From the NCBI RefSeq assembly GCF_030144855.1, contig NC_082711.1:31186001-31250000 (forward strand): 64,000 nt of DNA, read 5' to 3'. The notes below the pieces were generated by a model. The model worked only from the letters and a program-made list of their open reading frames with translations, did no database searches and had not been told where the DNA came from. This DNA comes from Hypanus sabinus (Eukaryota). The position numbers were made by a program, and so were the translations under genes. Position 1 is the stretch's first letter. Every line of letters begins with the position of its first letter. Positions 50,420 through 64,000 of the stretch are shown here, one piece after another.

Positions 50420-52900
50420 CATCCAGGAAAGTTTGAAAAATGTGTTGGCGGCCCTACTAGAGGGAGAATAACACTCAAGAAAATGAAGCTAGGCAATTGA
50501 TTCATCAGTGGGGGAGCAATTTAGGACCAATGACCAACTTTTAGGTTTAGAATGGATATACAAAATTGTCTTTATGGTGGAGTTATTGGGCAAGGATAAT
50601 TTTCATAGCATTAGACAGGAACTTGATTGGGAGAAGCTGTTTGCAGGTAAAGGAATACTTGCTTTTTAAAAGTGTCACGGGGAAGTTCAGTTTATGTTTC
50701 TGTCAAGAGTGAATGGCAAAGCTGACAGGATTAGGGAACGCAGATTCACAAGGAATATTGGGGCTCTGGTCAGGAAAAAGGAGGCAAATGTCAGGTGTAA
50801 GCAACTGTGATCCAATGAATATCTCAAGTACAAAACATGCAGGAGTACATTTGAGGATGAAAGGCAAAAGGAAGATGCCAGATAACTAATTTGCCAGAGA
50901 TCAAGGGGAAAACCAAGAGATTATTGAGAGTAAGAAGGGTAACTAGGGACCACAGAGCTCATAAGGATCAATAGACAATAGAATATAGACAATAGGTGCA
51001 GTAGGCCATTCAGCCCTTCGAGCCAGCACTGCCATTCATAGTGATCATGGCTGATCTTCCACAATCGGTACCCCGTTCCTGCCTTCTCCCCATATCCCTC
51101 GACTCTGCTATCTTTAAGAGCTCTAACTCTTTCTTGAAAGCATGCAGAGAATTGGCCTCCACTGCCTTCTGAGGCAGAGCTTTCCACAGATCAAATTGGT
51201 CATCTATATGAAAAGCCATGGGAGACAGGCAAGGCCTTAAATGAATAGTTGTCTGTATTTACCGTAACAGTTAGAGAAGTTGGGGAATTCAAGGGAGAGA
51301 ACAGCAATGTCTTAGAACACCTTCACATTATAAGAGGTGTTTGTGGTCTTAATGTGGAGGAATTTAAGGTGGGGGGTTTATATGGGAGGCAGGGTTTGAG
51401 TATCAGCACAACATTGTGGGCCGAAGGGCCTGTACTGTGCTACACTGTTCTATGTTCTATTTAATGCACAAAGGTGGATAAATTCCTGGGGACTGACCAA
51501 AGGTATCCTGGGACATTCTGGGGTTCTGGAAAAGATTTTGTATCACTATTACCAATGATATTTGATGATCATTAGAAAACTGGAGGGAGGCTAATATTGT
51601 GCCCTTATTCATGAAGGGCTGCAAGGACAAGTCAGACAATTACTGGTCAGTCAGCCTTGCAGCAGTGACGGGAAAGTTAATGCAGGGGGCAACTGAGAGA
51701 CAGGATCCACCTAAGTTTGGAAAGTCAGGGTCTGATTAAGGATCAGCATGGCTTCAGATTTTTTTTTTGCCAAGGGTGCCCAGACGATTGATAAAGGCAG
51801 GACAGTAGACATTATTTACATAGACTACAGCAATGCCTTTGACATAGAAGCTGGTCTGGAAGGGGAGATCACATGGTATCTAGGATGAACTAGCTAATTG
51901 GATACAATACTGGCTTGGTGGTTAGAGTTAAAGGTTTATAGAGGAAAGCTGTTTATCTCAGACTGGAGGCCTGTGACCAGCATTGTGCAACAAGGACCGG
52001 TGCTGGGTCCATTATTGCTCATCATCCATATTCACGATTTGGATAAGAATGAAATCTGTATGGTTAACAAGTTAGTGTGTGAACCAAAATATTAATACTG
52101 AACAAAGACAGTCATCTAAAATTAAGCGTCTCTAAAACAAACTGGGAAATTGGACGAACTAATGGCACAAGTAATTTAACTGATAAATGAAGGGTTGCGT
52201 TTGAAGTAAAATTACAGCAGGATTCTTACACTAAAATACAGGGTCCTGGAATGAGTGGTAGAACAGACAGACCTAGAGTAAAAGCACAATTTTTTGAAAG
52301 TAACGACAAAGATGGAGAGTAATTAAGGCATTTGGAATCATTCCCTTCATCCATCAGGGCACTGAATACAAAAGTTAGGACGTCCTGTTACAACTGTACA
52401 AAGATGTTGGCAAGATCACCATTGGATTATTGTGTACAATTCTGGTCACTTATCTACAGAGCAGATGTAAGCTGAAGAGTCTAGTAAAGATTGAAAGATG
52501 TTACCAGAACTGGATAGATTGATTTTGAGGGGATACCGACTGCAGCTTTTCTCCCTGAAGTGCAAGAGGCAATGTAGTGACTATAGAGGTATGGAGATTC
52601 AAGATGGGTACAAACTAAATGGTCTGTCTCTCAACATAGAGGTGTATTCAACTAGCTGCAAGGTGAAAGGGGAAAATTTTTAAAAAGGGACCCAAGGGGT
52701 CAACCTGTTCAAACATGGGACAGAGCTGCCTGACAAAGTATATGGACAATTGCACGGTTTTTAAAAAAAAATTATTTGGACAAGTACATGTATAGGAAAA
52801 AGTTTACAGGGACACATAGACAATTGAGACCAATTCAGGTAAACAACTTGGTCAGCAAGGCTGAGTAAAGATGAAGTGTCTGTTTCCATGCTGTATAGCT
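50420..52900 (+). mobile_element. Old degenerate CR1 with two young CR1-tail inserts (about 50972-51188 -, 51355-51460 +)
   Basis: ENWREANIVPLFMKG and SDWRPVTSIVQQGPVLGPLL remnants. The inserts are flanked by gatcaa and ttaatg direct repeats. Confidence 0.8.
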
Positions 52901-54169
52901 GATAATAGCAAAGATGCATCAATAATGGTGCCAATTCTTAAAACTAATTTTAGACTGGAATATAAATTTAAGTGATGATCTTTCTAGAGTCCATTTATAA
53001 AGGAAAAAATACTACTCGCAGAACTTCAGTTAATTGTTCTACCATGTCTACGGCCACTTAGAGGCACTAGTCTGCAAAGCATTGGGCTCTGGCAACATGT
53101 CTACCTTTATATCCATTAGTTTTTCACCTTTAAATTATTCTCAACCGTTTCAAACTGATCCACTTTTGTCACGTCTTCCACCATGAATACTAATTCAAGT
53201 TATTGGCTTAAATTATCGACCATTTCTTCGTTTCCTGCTCTTAATTCTCACTCCCTTCTTCATTTTTCTACATACAGAAACATACACCGTTTTTAATCCC
53301 CCACTATTAATTGCCAATCCAGACTCAATTTTCTCCCTTCAAGTTTTGAAATCCCTTACAGCTTGTTCCTGAAAAGTTCCTAAATTAGAGTCCCTCTTTC
53401 TGATTGGGATAAATTTCGGCTGAGCGCTGGGACATCGCTGCTATAGTACCAGCCGCTGTTTGTTAATTGACCTTTGCTTTGGGCTATTTTCCCAAGCCAT
53501 TTTAAACTTTATGCTTCCTTCATACCTTTATAATGTCTTAGAACACTGGTTTCTGACCAGATATATTCACCCTGATGCTACTTTTGGAATTTTACCAATC
53601 TGTGATCACTACTCCCTATAGCCATCCTATTGTAAGGATTCTTGTAAATTCCACTTACTACATGAATAACTAAAATAGCTTAGTCCCAGGTAACTTCCAC
53701 AATGTATGGCTCTAAGAATTTTATGATTAGTCAAATATACATGCAGACTAACATCAGCCTTGATTAATTAGAATTCCTGCCTTTGATAGTTCCTAATTTA
53801 TGCTTTGTCCTCCAGCAAGACTTGAGTGCTACAGGCCATATCCATCCAGCTTTCCCAAGTTATTCATTTCCTCCAACCAAATCCAGGTCAACGCATCTCA
53901 TTACTCATCACTACATGGATGCTTTCCCTAACTGAAAATGCCAACCCACTTTTCCTTTTTCCAATTCTAGAATATTCAATAACCTGTAATTTCAGCTCCT
54001 CAGAGTCAAACGTCATTATAACATTTGCTATTGCTGTGTTTATTAAAGTTACCATTACTTAACAGCTCTACAAAACTTGAAAAACTGACTTTTGAACTTG
54101 TTCTTGCTTTTAAACATTTACAAATCACCTCAATACAAATGTTCCAGAGAAACAGAACTACCACAATAC

Positions 54170-54346
54170 CTGTACTATCTGTGTCTTCTCTTTTGGAATT
54201 ACTTTGACATTGGACAGTCTGTTCTCAAGAACTTCTTCAGTCTTCAGATTGCCTGCAGCACCAGGCAAAGGGGGAAAGTTGGACAATCCTAGTTCAAAGT
54301 TGGGTGATGGCGGCTTTGGTGGAGGAGGGGACTGTGTCTGGGATCT
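54170..54346 (-). CDS. LARP4B: LARP4B coding exon (177 nt)
   Basis: Acceptor ttttggcag| and donor CAG|gtattg. Encodes RSQTQSPPPPKPPSPNFELGLSNFPPLPGAAGNLKTEEVLENRLSNVKVIPKEKTQIVQ, containing the conserved LARP4-family FELxxxxFPPLPG block. Confidence 0.94.
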
Positions 54347-55654
54347 CTGCCAAAATAAAAATTAATTATAATAAGCACCTGTCCCCAAAATATCAGGAAT
54401 TAAAACTGGTCCTGATACAAATTGCTCAAGAAATGAAGCCTTAAAATCAGATCAAGAAAAAAAAACATTGTACATGTTCAAATTGCAAACAATACCCAAA
54501 TGCTTGTCATGAGTTTTTCAAAAAGCACTTAGAAGTGACCTGATAAAGGAATACAAATAAATAACAGATATAGTATTTCGATAGTATACTGTCTATCGTA
54601 TCTATCAGAAAACTACAAGACATTGCATTGGGTCACAGAAATTCAGAGGCTGAAGAAGAGCTTTTTCACCCAGACAGTGGTTGTAATTTGGAACACAGAG
54701 CCTGAGTGGTGGCTGCAATGTTTTAATATCTAGGGGAGTATGTGTAATAAAGTCAAAAAAGGTGATGGACCAAATGTGCTAAATGGGAATAGATGTATTT
54801 GATTGCCAACACAGACGTGTTGCTTTTATGTGTAACTGAGCAAAATACCTAAAATTTTACAATACAAGATCTGACTAAATGCAAATCGCACTAAGGGATT
54901 AATAGTCATTTTGCATCAACCTCAGGAGATATGCTATGATACGTTAAAGTTCTGCTCCACCTTGGAATTACAAGTGCAGTAACTGCTACTAATAGGAAAT
55001 GGACACCAATTTAATCTGTGCAAGGTCTTACAATAAACTGACCAGATCAGTTTGATAATGTTTTACTGAGAAATAATGTTAAAATTTCAATTAAACAGTA
55101 GCTCAAAATCAGTGCATAATCCTCCTCCCTGCAGCATTATTTATCTTAGATCCTCCAGAAATCCACTACTATTTTTTCTGTCCAAAGCAACAGAGAGGAT
55201 GAAACCAGAAAGGAATTCAACACACAAAATAAATTCAGCAGGCCAGGCAGCATCTATGGAAGAGTAAACAGTTGACATTCAAACTGAAACCTTAATCAGG
55301 AACTCAAGTGTGACTGATATATTTAGCCATCCTTCTCTAACAAGGTTTCAACAAAATACTAAAGTAGTTAAAAAATAGTTTGTGAATTCTCCATGGGCAG
55401 AAATTATTCTACATATTGTATTTTAAAATTATCTGTGCCCCACCCCCACAAAAAGTGGGTATGCTGTAAAGTCACTGATTTTGGTTTCACTTTCCTTCCT
55501 TTTGATGACTGACTACCAACCCTCTGCTCTACCTCATTCCATGGTGAAACTATTCAGTAAATGTGCTCCATATTTTCAGTGTTTTGCTTAGCAAAAGGAT
55601 TTTGCAATTTCATTCTCAATGCTTCATTTCACTTATTTAAAAGATCCTATTTAT

Positions 55655-56380
55655 CTCATACAACCATAAAGTACTTCTGGTTTAACAGCAATTTCCATTC
55701 ATCAAGGAAGAGATACAACCATAGAACACTGTCGGGGTCTGGGGATTCATCCACCCTAATTTGACTCAAGACAACGAATATCCCATCTTCTGTAATTTGT
55801 ATACAGTCCACGAACTCCCTGCTGCTTTGCCTCACTTCTATAGAATGTTTCCATCTCCTGAGTACAGATGCAAAACATTTATTTAAGATCACTTCCATCA
55901 CTATGCCTCCATCACTATAGATGACCACTGATTTCCAGAGGACCAGTTTTGTCCCTTGCTATTCTGTTGCTCTTAATATCTATAGAAGCCCTTAGGATGA
56001 TTCTCCTTCATCTTGATTGCCAAAGGAAACTTGTGCCTTCTTTTAACCCTCCTGCATTTCTATACTCAAGTATCTACCTCATTTGCTTCCCCCCGTCTAT
56101 ACCAGTTATGTGCCTTTTTTTCTTAACCAGGGCCTTGCCAAACCTGTTATCCGTGCCTTTTATTGTGTCAGGAACATGCAAAACTGTACTCCCAAAATTT
56201 CATTTTTGAAGACCTTCCACTTACTAATTAGTCTTTTGCCAGAAAACAACTTGTCTCAATTCATACTTGCCAGATGCTTTCTGACGACATTATAATTGGC
56301 TTTTCTCCAATTTAGAATCTCAACCAAAGGAGCAGACCTACCCTTCTCCATGATGATCTTGAAAATAATGGCATTATGAT
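55655..56380 (-). mobile_element. Old CR1 fragment
   Basis: EVILNKCFASV..IRVDESPDPD remnant. Confidence 0.75.
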
Positions 56381-58659
56381 TCAGTTTGGCACCAAATGCT
56401 AGACAGTGTGGGAGCATCTTCAAGTACTTAGCAGTGGTTCAGGATGCCATTTTGTCACTTACAGAAATGAGCAATGATGTCCTACAATGGGGGAAAAGGG
56501 CTAAGCCTGGTAAAACTATGAGTTTTATTTAACTTAGCTTATTCCTGCAGAGCCTGAAAAGTCACAATACGCTGGAAGAACCAGTGAAATTTAAAGAAGT
56601 TGCAAGACCGAGAATAAAGCAAATGTACATTGAGGATAATTCCTTAACTGGTTATGTCCAGTATCTAGCCTCAAGGAGAAAGATTGATTGGGCTTCCGAT
56701 ACCCCTCGGAGACAATAGCTGTTAAAGGGCTTCAGTTTTTTCTTCCTTGTATAGAAAGGAGGTTTTTAGCAAAAAAAAAGTCATTTAACGATGTGACTGT
56801 TACTCATCTTCAATGCAGGAGCCAACTACTTGGCTCACTCAGATCTCGATTCTCTGCAACATATTTCACCTTTGATTCCTTCAGCTATTTCCTGCACCGA
56901 GCCAATTAATCTGCATGTTTTAGTAGATCAGAGGAAACACATGAAGAAATACACAAACCTCACATAAGTAACACCCAAGATGGAATCCACAGCCTTGGAA
57001 ATAGACAGCAGTGCGGATGACGCGTGAAAACACAACAATAATTTAAACATGCTTCTAACTGCTAGTACATGGAATTTCTTACAACATGGAATAAATATGA
57101 GACTTTGGTTCAGCCTAGCCAAGTACTGCACAAAATGATGATTAAATGGCTTATGTTACAGGTTTGCCATGCTTTGAAGTTGAGGTACAACATTCTATAA
57201 TTAAAATTGTCCAGATTCCTATCAGATTATCTTGATAAATGCACAGGAAGTGAAACACCTTTGTCTTAAGTTTGTTGTGCTTTTACCTCTAGTACCTGGA
57301 ATTAAATTGGGTAATCAAGATGAAGTGCAAATTTGATTCAAGGTCAGTATCATTTGGATGTTCAATAACTATCAACAGGTACAGCTAAGTTCACAGTATG
57401 GTCTTTCATAGGATGTAACTTTGTCAAAATCTGGATAATTCAGTTAACATCCAGTCTACATTCAATGTTACCAGAAGAGCTGATAACTGATCATTGATAT
57501 CAAACCAAAGAATTGTTAAGCACTTGAGGCCATTAAACTACCCAACATATCCAATTTTAAAATAATTTGTAACAAAAATTTGTCATAAAAGCAGATGGCA
57601 ACCGAAGCACAAGATTCTGATTTATTTCATGTGTTGTCATCCGAGAATCTAATTACGTGCAATGACATGGTAACATCCTAGATTGATTTAATCAAATAAA
57701 AAATGCACTTATGAACTTTAATCAAACCTTACAAAGGAAAATTGGAAGATTAAGTACTACAAATGTGTACAGACTTATATCCAAGTCAAAGAACAACAAA
57801 TAGCAGGTGCTGTAATTAAATCATGAAATGGGAAGACAAAAATCAAGGCTGAATAGGACAGAGATGTGTGGCTATAAAAGACGAGCTAGGCTGAGATTAT
57901 AAGGAATGTTCAGTTAATAAAACTGAGTCACCAAGGTGAAACAAAGACCAAGTTCTCTCAGCAGAGTGTAAACAATATATGTTTTATATATAATATGCAA
58001 AAGTTAACATTGGGCAAATTGTGACTTTTAGGGGACATGGGCAAGGTTGTATTGACCATCTGGACAGTGGAATTAAAACTGTCTCCTTGGCTAACACAAG
58101 GAGGATGGTCATAGTCTTTTTCCCCAGCATTCAACACTACAGGGCACAGATAAAAGAGAGGAAGAGATTAAGACACCTGGGAGCTAACTACAGTCACCTG
58201 CCAGAGAAAGTGGTCAAGGCAGGTACAAAAGCAGTTAAACATTTGAGAAGGCATATGGAGGGGAGACAATTAGAGAGTTATGGGCTGAACACATAAGTGG
58301 GACTAGACAAGGGGATGCTGTGGTCTGCATGAAACAGATGGGCTAAAAGTCTTGCAACACTATTACTATTGTGATTTGAAAAACAGGCTGCAATGCTTAT
58401 GTTGTACATGTCTGATATTGAAGCAACTGTTTAAACTACAAGAATTTGAGAATATAATGTCAAAAAATTGCACCAATAAATGGAGGCATAAAAGAACCAT
58501 GGCTTACCTTGTCAGTAGAATATTTAAAATCAGGGACAACCTTATTCAAGTTAGCAAATGGCGCACAAGATTAATGAAAGGGTGGATACCCATGCCCCAA
58601 AAATGTTCAGGAGGGGCATACATATTTTGAGAGGAGGCATAAAAGGAGCTAGGTGAGTT

Positions 58660-59335
58660 GAGCTGTGGTGCAACAACCTTGCTATCAGCAAGGCCAAGGA
58701 CTGATTGTGGACTTCATAAAGGGAAAGTCAGAACATCCAGCAGTCCTCATGAAGTCAGCAGTGGAAAGGGTGAGCAGCTTCAAGCTCCTGGGCCCAACCC
58801 ATTGATATAATTGTGAAGAAAGCATGCTAATACCTCTACTTCATAGGAGTTTGAAGATATTTGCTCTGTCACCAGAGATTCTTGTGAATTCCTATAGAGG
58901 TACAGCAGAGAGGATTCTGAACAGTTGCATCACATCTTGTATGGAGCATCCAATGCACAGTCACAGGAAGCTTCGAAAAATCATAGATTTGACCAGTTCC
59001 ATTGTGATCACATTCTTTCCTTACACAGGAAGACTTCTAAGAGGGAGCAGCATCCAGCATTTAAGATCCACACGTTCTGGGTCAAGCCCCATTTCCCACT
59101 ACAGTACCACCATTGGGGAGAAGGTACAAGAGCCTGAAGACCCAGACTCATTATAGGAAAAGCCTCTTTCCCTTTGCCATCAAGATTCCAGAACAATCCA
59201 TGAACTCCTGAATATCACCTCATTATCAATCTTTTGCAATATTTTACTTTTGTAACTTACAGCAATTTTTTTCCAAGTCTTGTATTTTCAGTAAAACTTC
59301 ATGATATATATTAGGGTAATAAGCCCAATTCTGAT
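58660..59335 (+). mobile_element. Degenerate Rex1/Babar fragment
   Basis: gtggaaagggtgagcagcttcaagctcctgg and NSYRGTAERILNSCITS. Confidence 0.75.
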
Positions 59336-60450
59336 TTTCCTAGCAGAGAAAATAACTTTTGCTAATGAAGGTCAAAATGTATCAGAGTAAGTCGTGTGGG
59401 GTGAAGTACCTACATGATGCTCTCACATTTTCAGCTATTAGCTGAAAATGAACAGGATAATGTCTCACTTAGCATTAGAGTCCTCTCGCCAATGTCTTGG
59501 AATAAGGAATGTGGAGTAGAATGATGTCATTTTATCAACAGATTAGATTATATAGCTCTTTAGTAGCATATTGTGAAATATCCAGATGTCCTTCACAATT
59601 GAATCATCAGCTAATTGGAAATGTGCATGAAAAACACATAGCAAAGAGATGACCAAATGCTTTAGCAAAGGCTTTTATTTTAAAGATGTTAAAGATATGG
59701 AGATATGAAGTTTAGAGGGTCAAATTTAAATAGAGCTTAACCAGCTGCAGACAGGGCTACAAGCAACAGGGGAAAGGGAAATGGGGTGCAGAGAATCAAG
59801 TGGTTCTTTCACAATCATTCTTTGCTATCAAGGCAGTATTGGTTAAATGCCCAAATATATTAACGTGTTTGACCCCATATGGTTAACCCAACGTATTCAT
59901 TCAAATTGTATGAAATACCACCAGACATCCATGCCAGCTTCACTCCTATCTGGACAGTCCCTTTTTACAGGCTTTTTTTCAATGACTGATTGCATGTTAT
60001 GGCAAACATAAATAGCAAAAGGTGCAGCCAAATGTGAACATACCAACAGCAAGAACTTCAGAGGGAAAGCTGGACACTTGATTGTCCAAATGTGCACATC
60101 AAATAAACATGTATGGTTTACTCTCATTGGACCAAAGTCAAATCGAAGGAAGCAGTTAATTGCAAGGAGCTTGTCCATGTGACAACACAAATTGCATGAC
60201 ACCAATTTTTAAAAATTCATATTTAGCATGGTTGGATCACACAACAAACTATTTATGATGAATCTCTGCCATGGCAAACTGCAGACAAGATTATATTAAT
60301 GCTCTCAAATCATTCCCACCCCTTTAGCTTCAACATGTCAGATAGGACAGACAAGTTACACAAGATCAAATTCCAGCTGGCACAAACAAGCATCCTGTCT
60401 AACCAACTAAGGCAATCAAAAAACTTCAAATACTAAAAAAAAAATCATAC

Positions 60451-60496
60451 CGTGAACTTGTCTTCTCTTTTCTTCCTGTATCCATACGAATTCTTC
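60451..60496 (-). CDS. LARP4B: LARP4B coding exon (46 nt)
   Basis: Acceptor tttccag|G and donor ACG|gtatga. Encodes (R)KNSYGYRKKREDKFT. Phase fits both neighbours. Confidence 0.93.
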
Positions 60497-60909
60497 CTGG
60501 AAAAAGAAATACATAAAATCTTAATTATTCAGACATAAATATCGGTTTCCACATGCCAATTCATAACAGTCTACCTTTAAGGCTTGCTTTGTTTAACAAT
60601 GCCTATCAGTTGAGACACTGCTACAAACAATTGTTTTAAAATTCAAACAATGTTGAAATTCAAACATCTGTGATCCCTTTTTGGCTATGAATGCAAATTG
60701 CAATGTGCGTGGAGCATAATCATTATTTGCTAATTACAGGGTAAAAATGAAAAAGGACAAGGTGGTAGTATAGGCTGACCTGGAGGATGTTCAGCATTCC
60801 TGGTTAAGGAATATCTATATTTTTTGTCTGACTAACACATGTTTGAAACAAATAAAATGGGGGGTCAATTTGATAGTTATGCTTCCTTACTTTGGTTAAT
60901 CAAACTCAC

Positions 60910-61164
60910 CTTCCTCGACCCATGCTGGGTGATGAATCAGCATTGATTTGTTCCGCTGACCTGGCAATTCCAAAATCTCTCTTATTATAAGCTGCATTGC
61001 TATGGATCCGTGTCCTATTAGGCCCGGCCGGTCGCATCTGAGGACTTCGTACACCGTTCAATAGACGATCCGTCGAAAAATTAAATATCGTTGGGCTCTC
61101 TAATAGTCCTGGTCCACGATCTGCGCTCGGCAATGTGGGGCGGAGATGAGATTTGCTGTGGTTC
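60910..61164 (-). CDS. LARP4B: LARP4B coding exon (255 nt, phase 2 to phase 2)
   Basis: Acceptor gtgatcag|G and donor AG|gtgagt. Encodes NHSKSHLRPTLPSADRGPGLLESPTIFNFSTDRLLNGVRSPQMR...SSPSMGRG, matching my recall of vertebrate LARP4B (SKSHLRHAIPSAERGPGLLESPSIFNFTADRLINGVRSPQ). Confidence 0.93.
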
Positions 61165-62510
61165 CTGATCACAAATTCAATGTATGGTGATTTATTAGAA
61201 TATGTGATCTTACTGGTTTTCAGACCACATAACGAAAGGCAGAATATTTAATAACTAATCATTCGTCTACAGTGATAGTACAACTGTGGGTCTTACAACA
61301 CTGGATGACCAGGAGGATTCATCACAGAAAACTTCATCTTTGGGGGATCAATGGAGATGGTCAATGGTTCACTTCCATGCTCCTACATACGTCCTGGCAA
61401 TTACTCCATCACCAACCATTCCAAACACAAATCTGTCATGGACATGATTGGCAATAGGATGATCAAGGCCAAATCTTTTGCATAATATACTGTCAGAAAC
61501 AGGCTGAAAAAGCACCTGGCATAAAGGAATACCCTCAATTAAACTTAAATTCGCAATCAGCTAAAGAGACTTGAATGCAAAACTCCAAAGGAATTCAACT
61601 GCCTTCGAAAAGTCAACCCAATCCTGCAGTGGAATACAAGCAATCAAAACCTTCAACTGAATCAGAGTAATCTGCAACCTCTGCACATGTCAAATATTTA
61701 AGTACAGCAATATTATAGGTTCATGCACAGCCCATCCAAGGTGGGGTAGTTGGTAGTGGCAACAATCTATCCAAGGTGTGGCACTGTCTGGTTGATTTGA
61801 AACCCTAAATCAGAATATGTAATTATGCAAACTGAGCTTACACAGTTGTAAAAAATGCTGGAAAATAAAGAGCAGATTTCTTCCACTTGAAGAACCCATG
61901 AATATACGACAGATCAAGAAAATTGCCGTAATTAATTTTCTTTGGGTTTTGAAAATCACTGCGGATTTGGGATGCACACTTAAGTGCATATTATATATTT
62001 AAAAAGCAATGCATTTATCATATATGCCAGCTCAGGCCATCCCAGTAGGTCAAATAGCTGGTGCGCAAAGTTGAACTTCCAATAGTCTATATGTATCTTT
62101 GCCTGTCATTCCAACGTGCTTCTCTGGGGTCACTTAATTTCAAGCCCATATGATAACTGCTGAAAGGAGATGCATTCATTCTCTTTCAGAATGATCATCT
62201 GCAGACTAAAGCAGTTCCTGCTCAGGTTATGTCTCTAAATTATATTACCAATTGTCTCTTAATTTTTCAGCTGGGACAGTAGAGTTGGCTTTGCTTCGAG
62301 GTACCATATTTGCCATACCCGCAAACATCCTAAAACGTTATGTTTAATAGCTTCCTGCTTCAAAATTTGCACAGTAGGTTAACAGATCTACTTGAAACTA
62401 GTTGGCCTCCTTTCATTTGCAGGGACTAATACAACTAAAAGAACAGATTAAAAGTCCTAGATACAACTTGGCAGCCAATAATTCGGCCACATGACATACT
62501 TGGATGTTAA

Positions 62511-63835
62511 CAGTGTCTATAAAAATTATTCACCCTCCTTGGAAGTTTACATGTTTTGTTTTACAACATTGAATCACAGTGGATTTAATTTGGCTTTTTT
62601 GAGACTGATCAACAGAAAAGACTCTTTCATGTTAAAGTGAAAGTAATTTCTACAAATTGGTCTAAATTCATTAACAATTATTAAACAAAATAATTGACTG
62701 CACAATTGCTCGCCCCCTTCACGTCTGTATTTAGTAGTTACACCTTTGGCCGCAATTACAGCCTTGAGTTTCTCTGGATAGGTTTCTAACAGCTTTGTGC
62801 ATCTGGACACTAATGTTTTCCATTTCTTAACAAATTTGCTTAAGCTCTGTAAGATTGTATAGGGATCGTGAATGAACTCCCCTTTTCAAGTCCAGCCACA
62901 ATTCTCAATTGGGTTGAGGTCTGGAGTCTGACTTGACCAATCCAGGGCATTAACTGTTTTTAAGACATTCCTGTGTAGCTTTGGCTTTATGCTTGGGTTC
63001 ACTGTCTTGCTGGAAAACATAACTTCTCCCAAGTCACAGTTCTCTTACAAACTGTATCAGGTTTTCCTTCAGGATTTCCCTGTATTTTGCTGCATTCATT
63101 TTACCCTCTACCTTCACAGGTCTCCCAGGGCCTGCTGCAGTGAAGCATCCCCACAGCACCATGCATCACGTTAGGGATGGTGTGTTTTTGATATACAGGG
63201 TTTGGCTTATGCCAAACATAGTTTTTAGCCTGATGGCCAAAAAGCTCAATTTTGGTTTCATCAGACCATAGAACCTTCTTCCAGCTGACTTCAGAGCCTC
63301 CCACATGCTTTCTGGCAAACTCTGGCAGAGATTTCATGTGAGCTCACCACCCCCCACCGCCCCCAACAGTGGCTTTCTCTTTGCCACTCTCTCGTAAAGC
63401 TCAGACTGGTGAAGCAACGGTTGTGTGCGCAGACCCTCTCATCTCAGCCACTTTAGCTTGTAACTCCCTCAAAGTTGTCATAGGTCTCTTAGTGGCGTCC
63501 CTTACTAGTCCCCTTCTTGCATGGTTACTCAGTTTTTGATGACAGCCTGCTCTAGGCAGATATACAGCTGCGCCATATTCTTTCCATTTCTTGATGACTG
63601 ACTTTGCACTCCAAGGGATATTCAGTGACTTGGAAAATTTCTTGTAGCCTTCTCCTGACTTGTTCTTCAATAACCTTTTTGCAGAATTACTTGGGAGTGT
63701 TCCTTTGTCTTCGTGGTGTAGTTATTGTCAGGATACTGACTCACCAGCAGGTGGACCTTCTAGATACAGGTCTATTTCTACTACAATCAACTGAAACACC
63801 TTGACAGCACACAGGTGATCTCCATTTAACTAATC
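62511..63835 (-). mobile_element. Tc1-family DNA transposon, decayed transposase
   Basis: TIR cagtgtctataaaaattattcaccc at 62511. ORF pieces KSGEGYKKFSKSLNIP (HTH), WKKVLWSDETKIELFG (first catalytic D) and YPEKLKAVIAAKGVTTKY (C-terminus). The other TIR is not visible. Confidence 0.92.
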
Positions 63836-63839
63836 ATAA

Positions 63840-64000
63840 CTATAAGACCAGAAGATATAGGGATAGAATTAGGCCATTTGGCTCATTGACTCTTCTCTCC
63901 CATTTCATCATGGTTGAATCGATTTTCCCCTCAGTCCCAATCTCCTGGCTTCTCCCCTATCACTTAATACCATGTACAATCAATAATCTATCAACCTCTG
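63840..64000 (-). mobile_element. CR1 3' end running off the window
   Basis: ataagaccagaagatatagg..gaattaggccatttggctcatt is a reverse-complemented CR1 tail. Confidence 0.8.

Noticed and set aside
56800-56915. Possible poison or alternative exon in a LARP4B intron
   Set aside because: Weak splice signals and no supporting homology; cannot be distinguished from background.
1-64000. Prokaryote-type systems (CRISPR, operons, retrons) and rRNA or tRNA genes
   Set aside because: The sequence is intron-containing vertebrate DNA with no spaced repeat arrays. RT motifs belong to CR1 and Rex1, and tRNA-like heads belong to SINEs.

Overview
Eukaryotic vertebrate genomic DNA. The repeat repertoire (CR1 LINEs, Rex1/Babar LINEs, Penelope fragments, HE1/V-SINE-like SINEs, Tc1/mariner) suggests a cartilaginous fish, probably a ray (inference). 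The only host gene I can support is the 3' part of LARP4B on the minus strand. It has six coding exons (61164-60910, 60496-60451, 54346-54170, 48984-48851, 45777-45666, 39901-39608), all with canonical AG/GT ends and consistent phases, ending ...RKPSYAEICQR...TPPKSPN*. A repeat-free stretch of about 4.9 kb follows, which I read as the 3' UTR, with a candidate AATAAA at 34763-34758. Positions 1-34.4 kb and the introns are dense, often nested, decayed transposons, which explain nearly all long ORFs in the track. I found no convincing new multi-gene system. The best leads are: (1) an extended miR-15b-complementary site in the putative 3' UTR; (2) a hairpin overlapping the poly(A) signal; (3) Penelope minimal hammerhead motifs, one sense-oriented in a LARP4B intron; (4) a CpG-retaining unique segment with X-box, E-box and TATA motifs; (5) a candidate 81-nt in-frame cassette exon; (6) a three-TIR mariner derivative. 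Homology calls are from recall rather than database searches, and TE boundaries are approximate unless a TSD or TIR is given.
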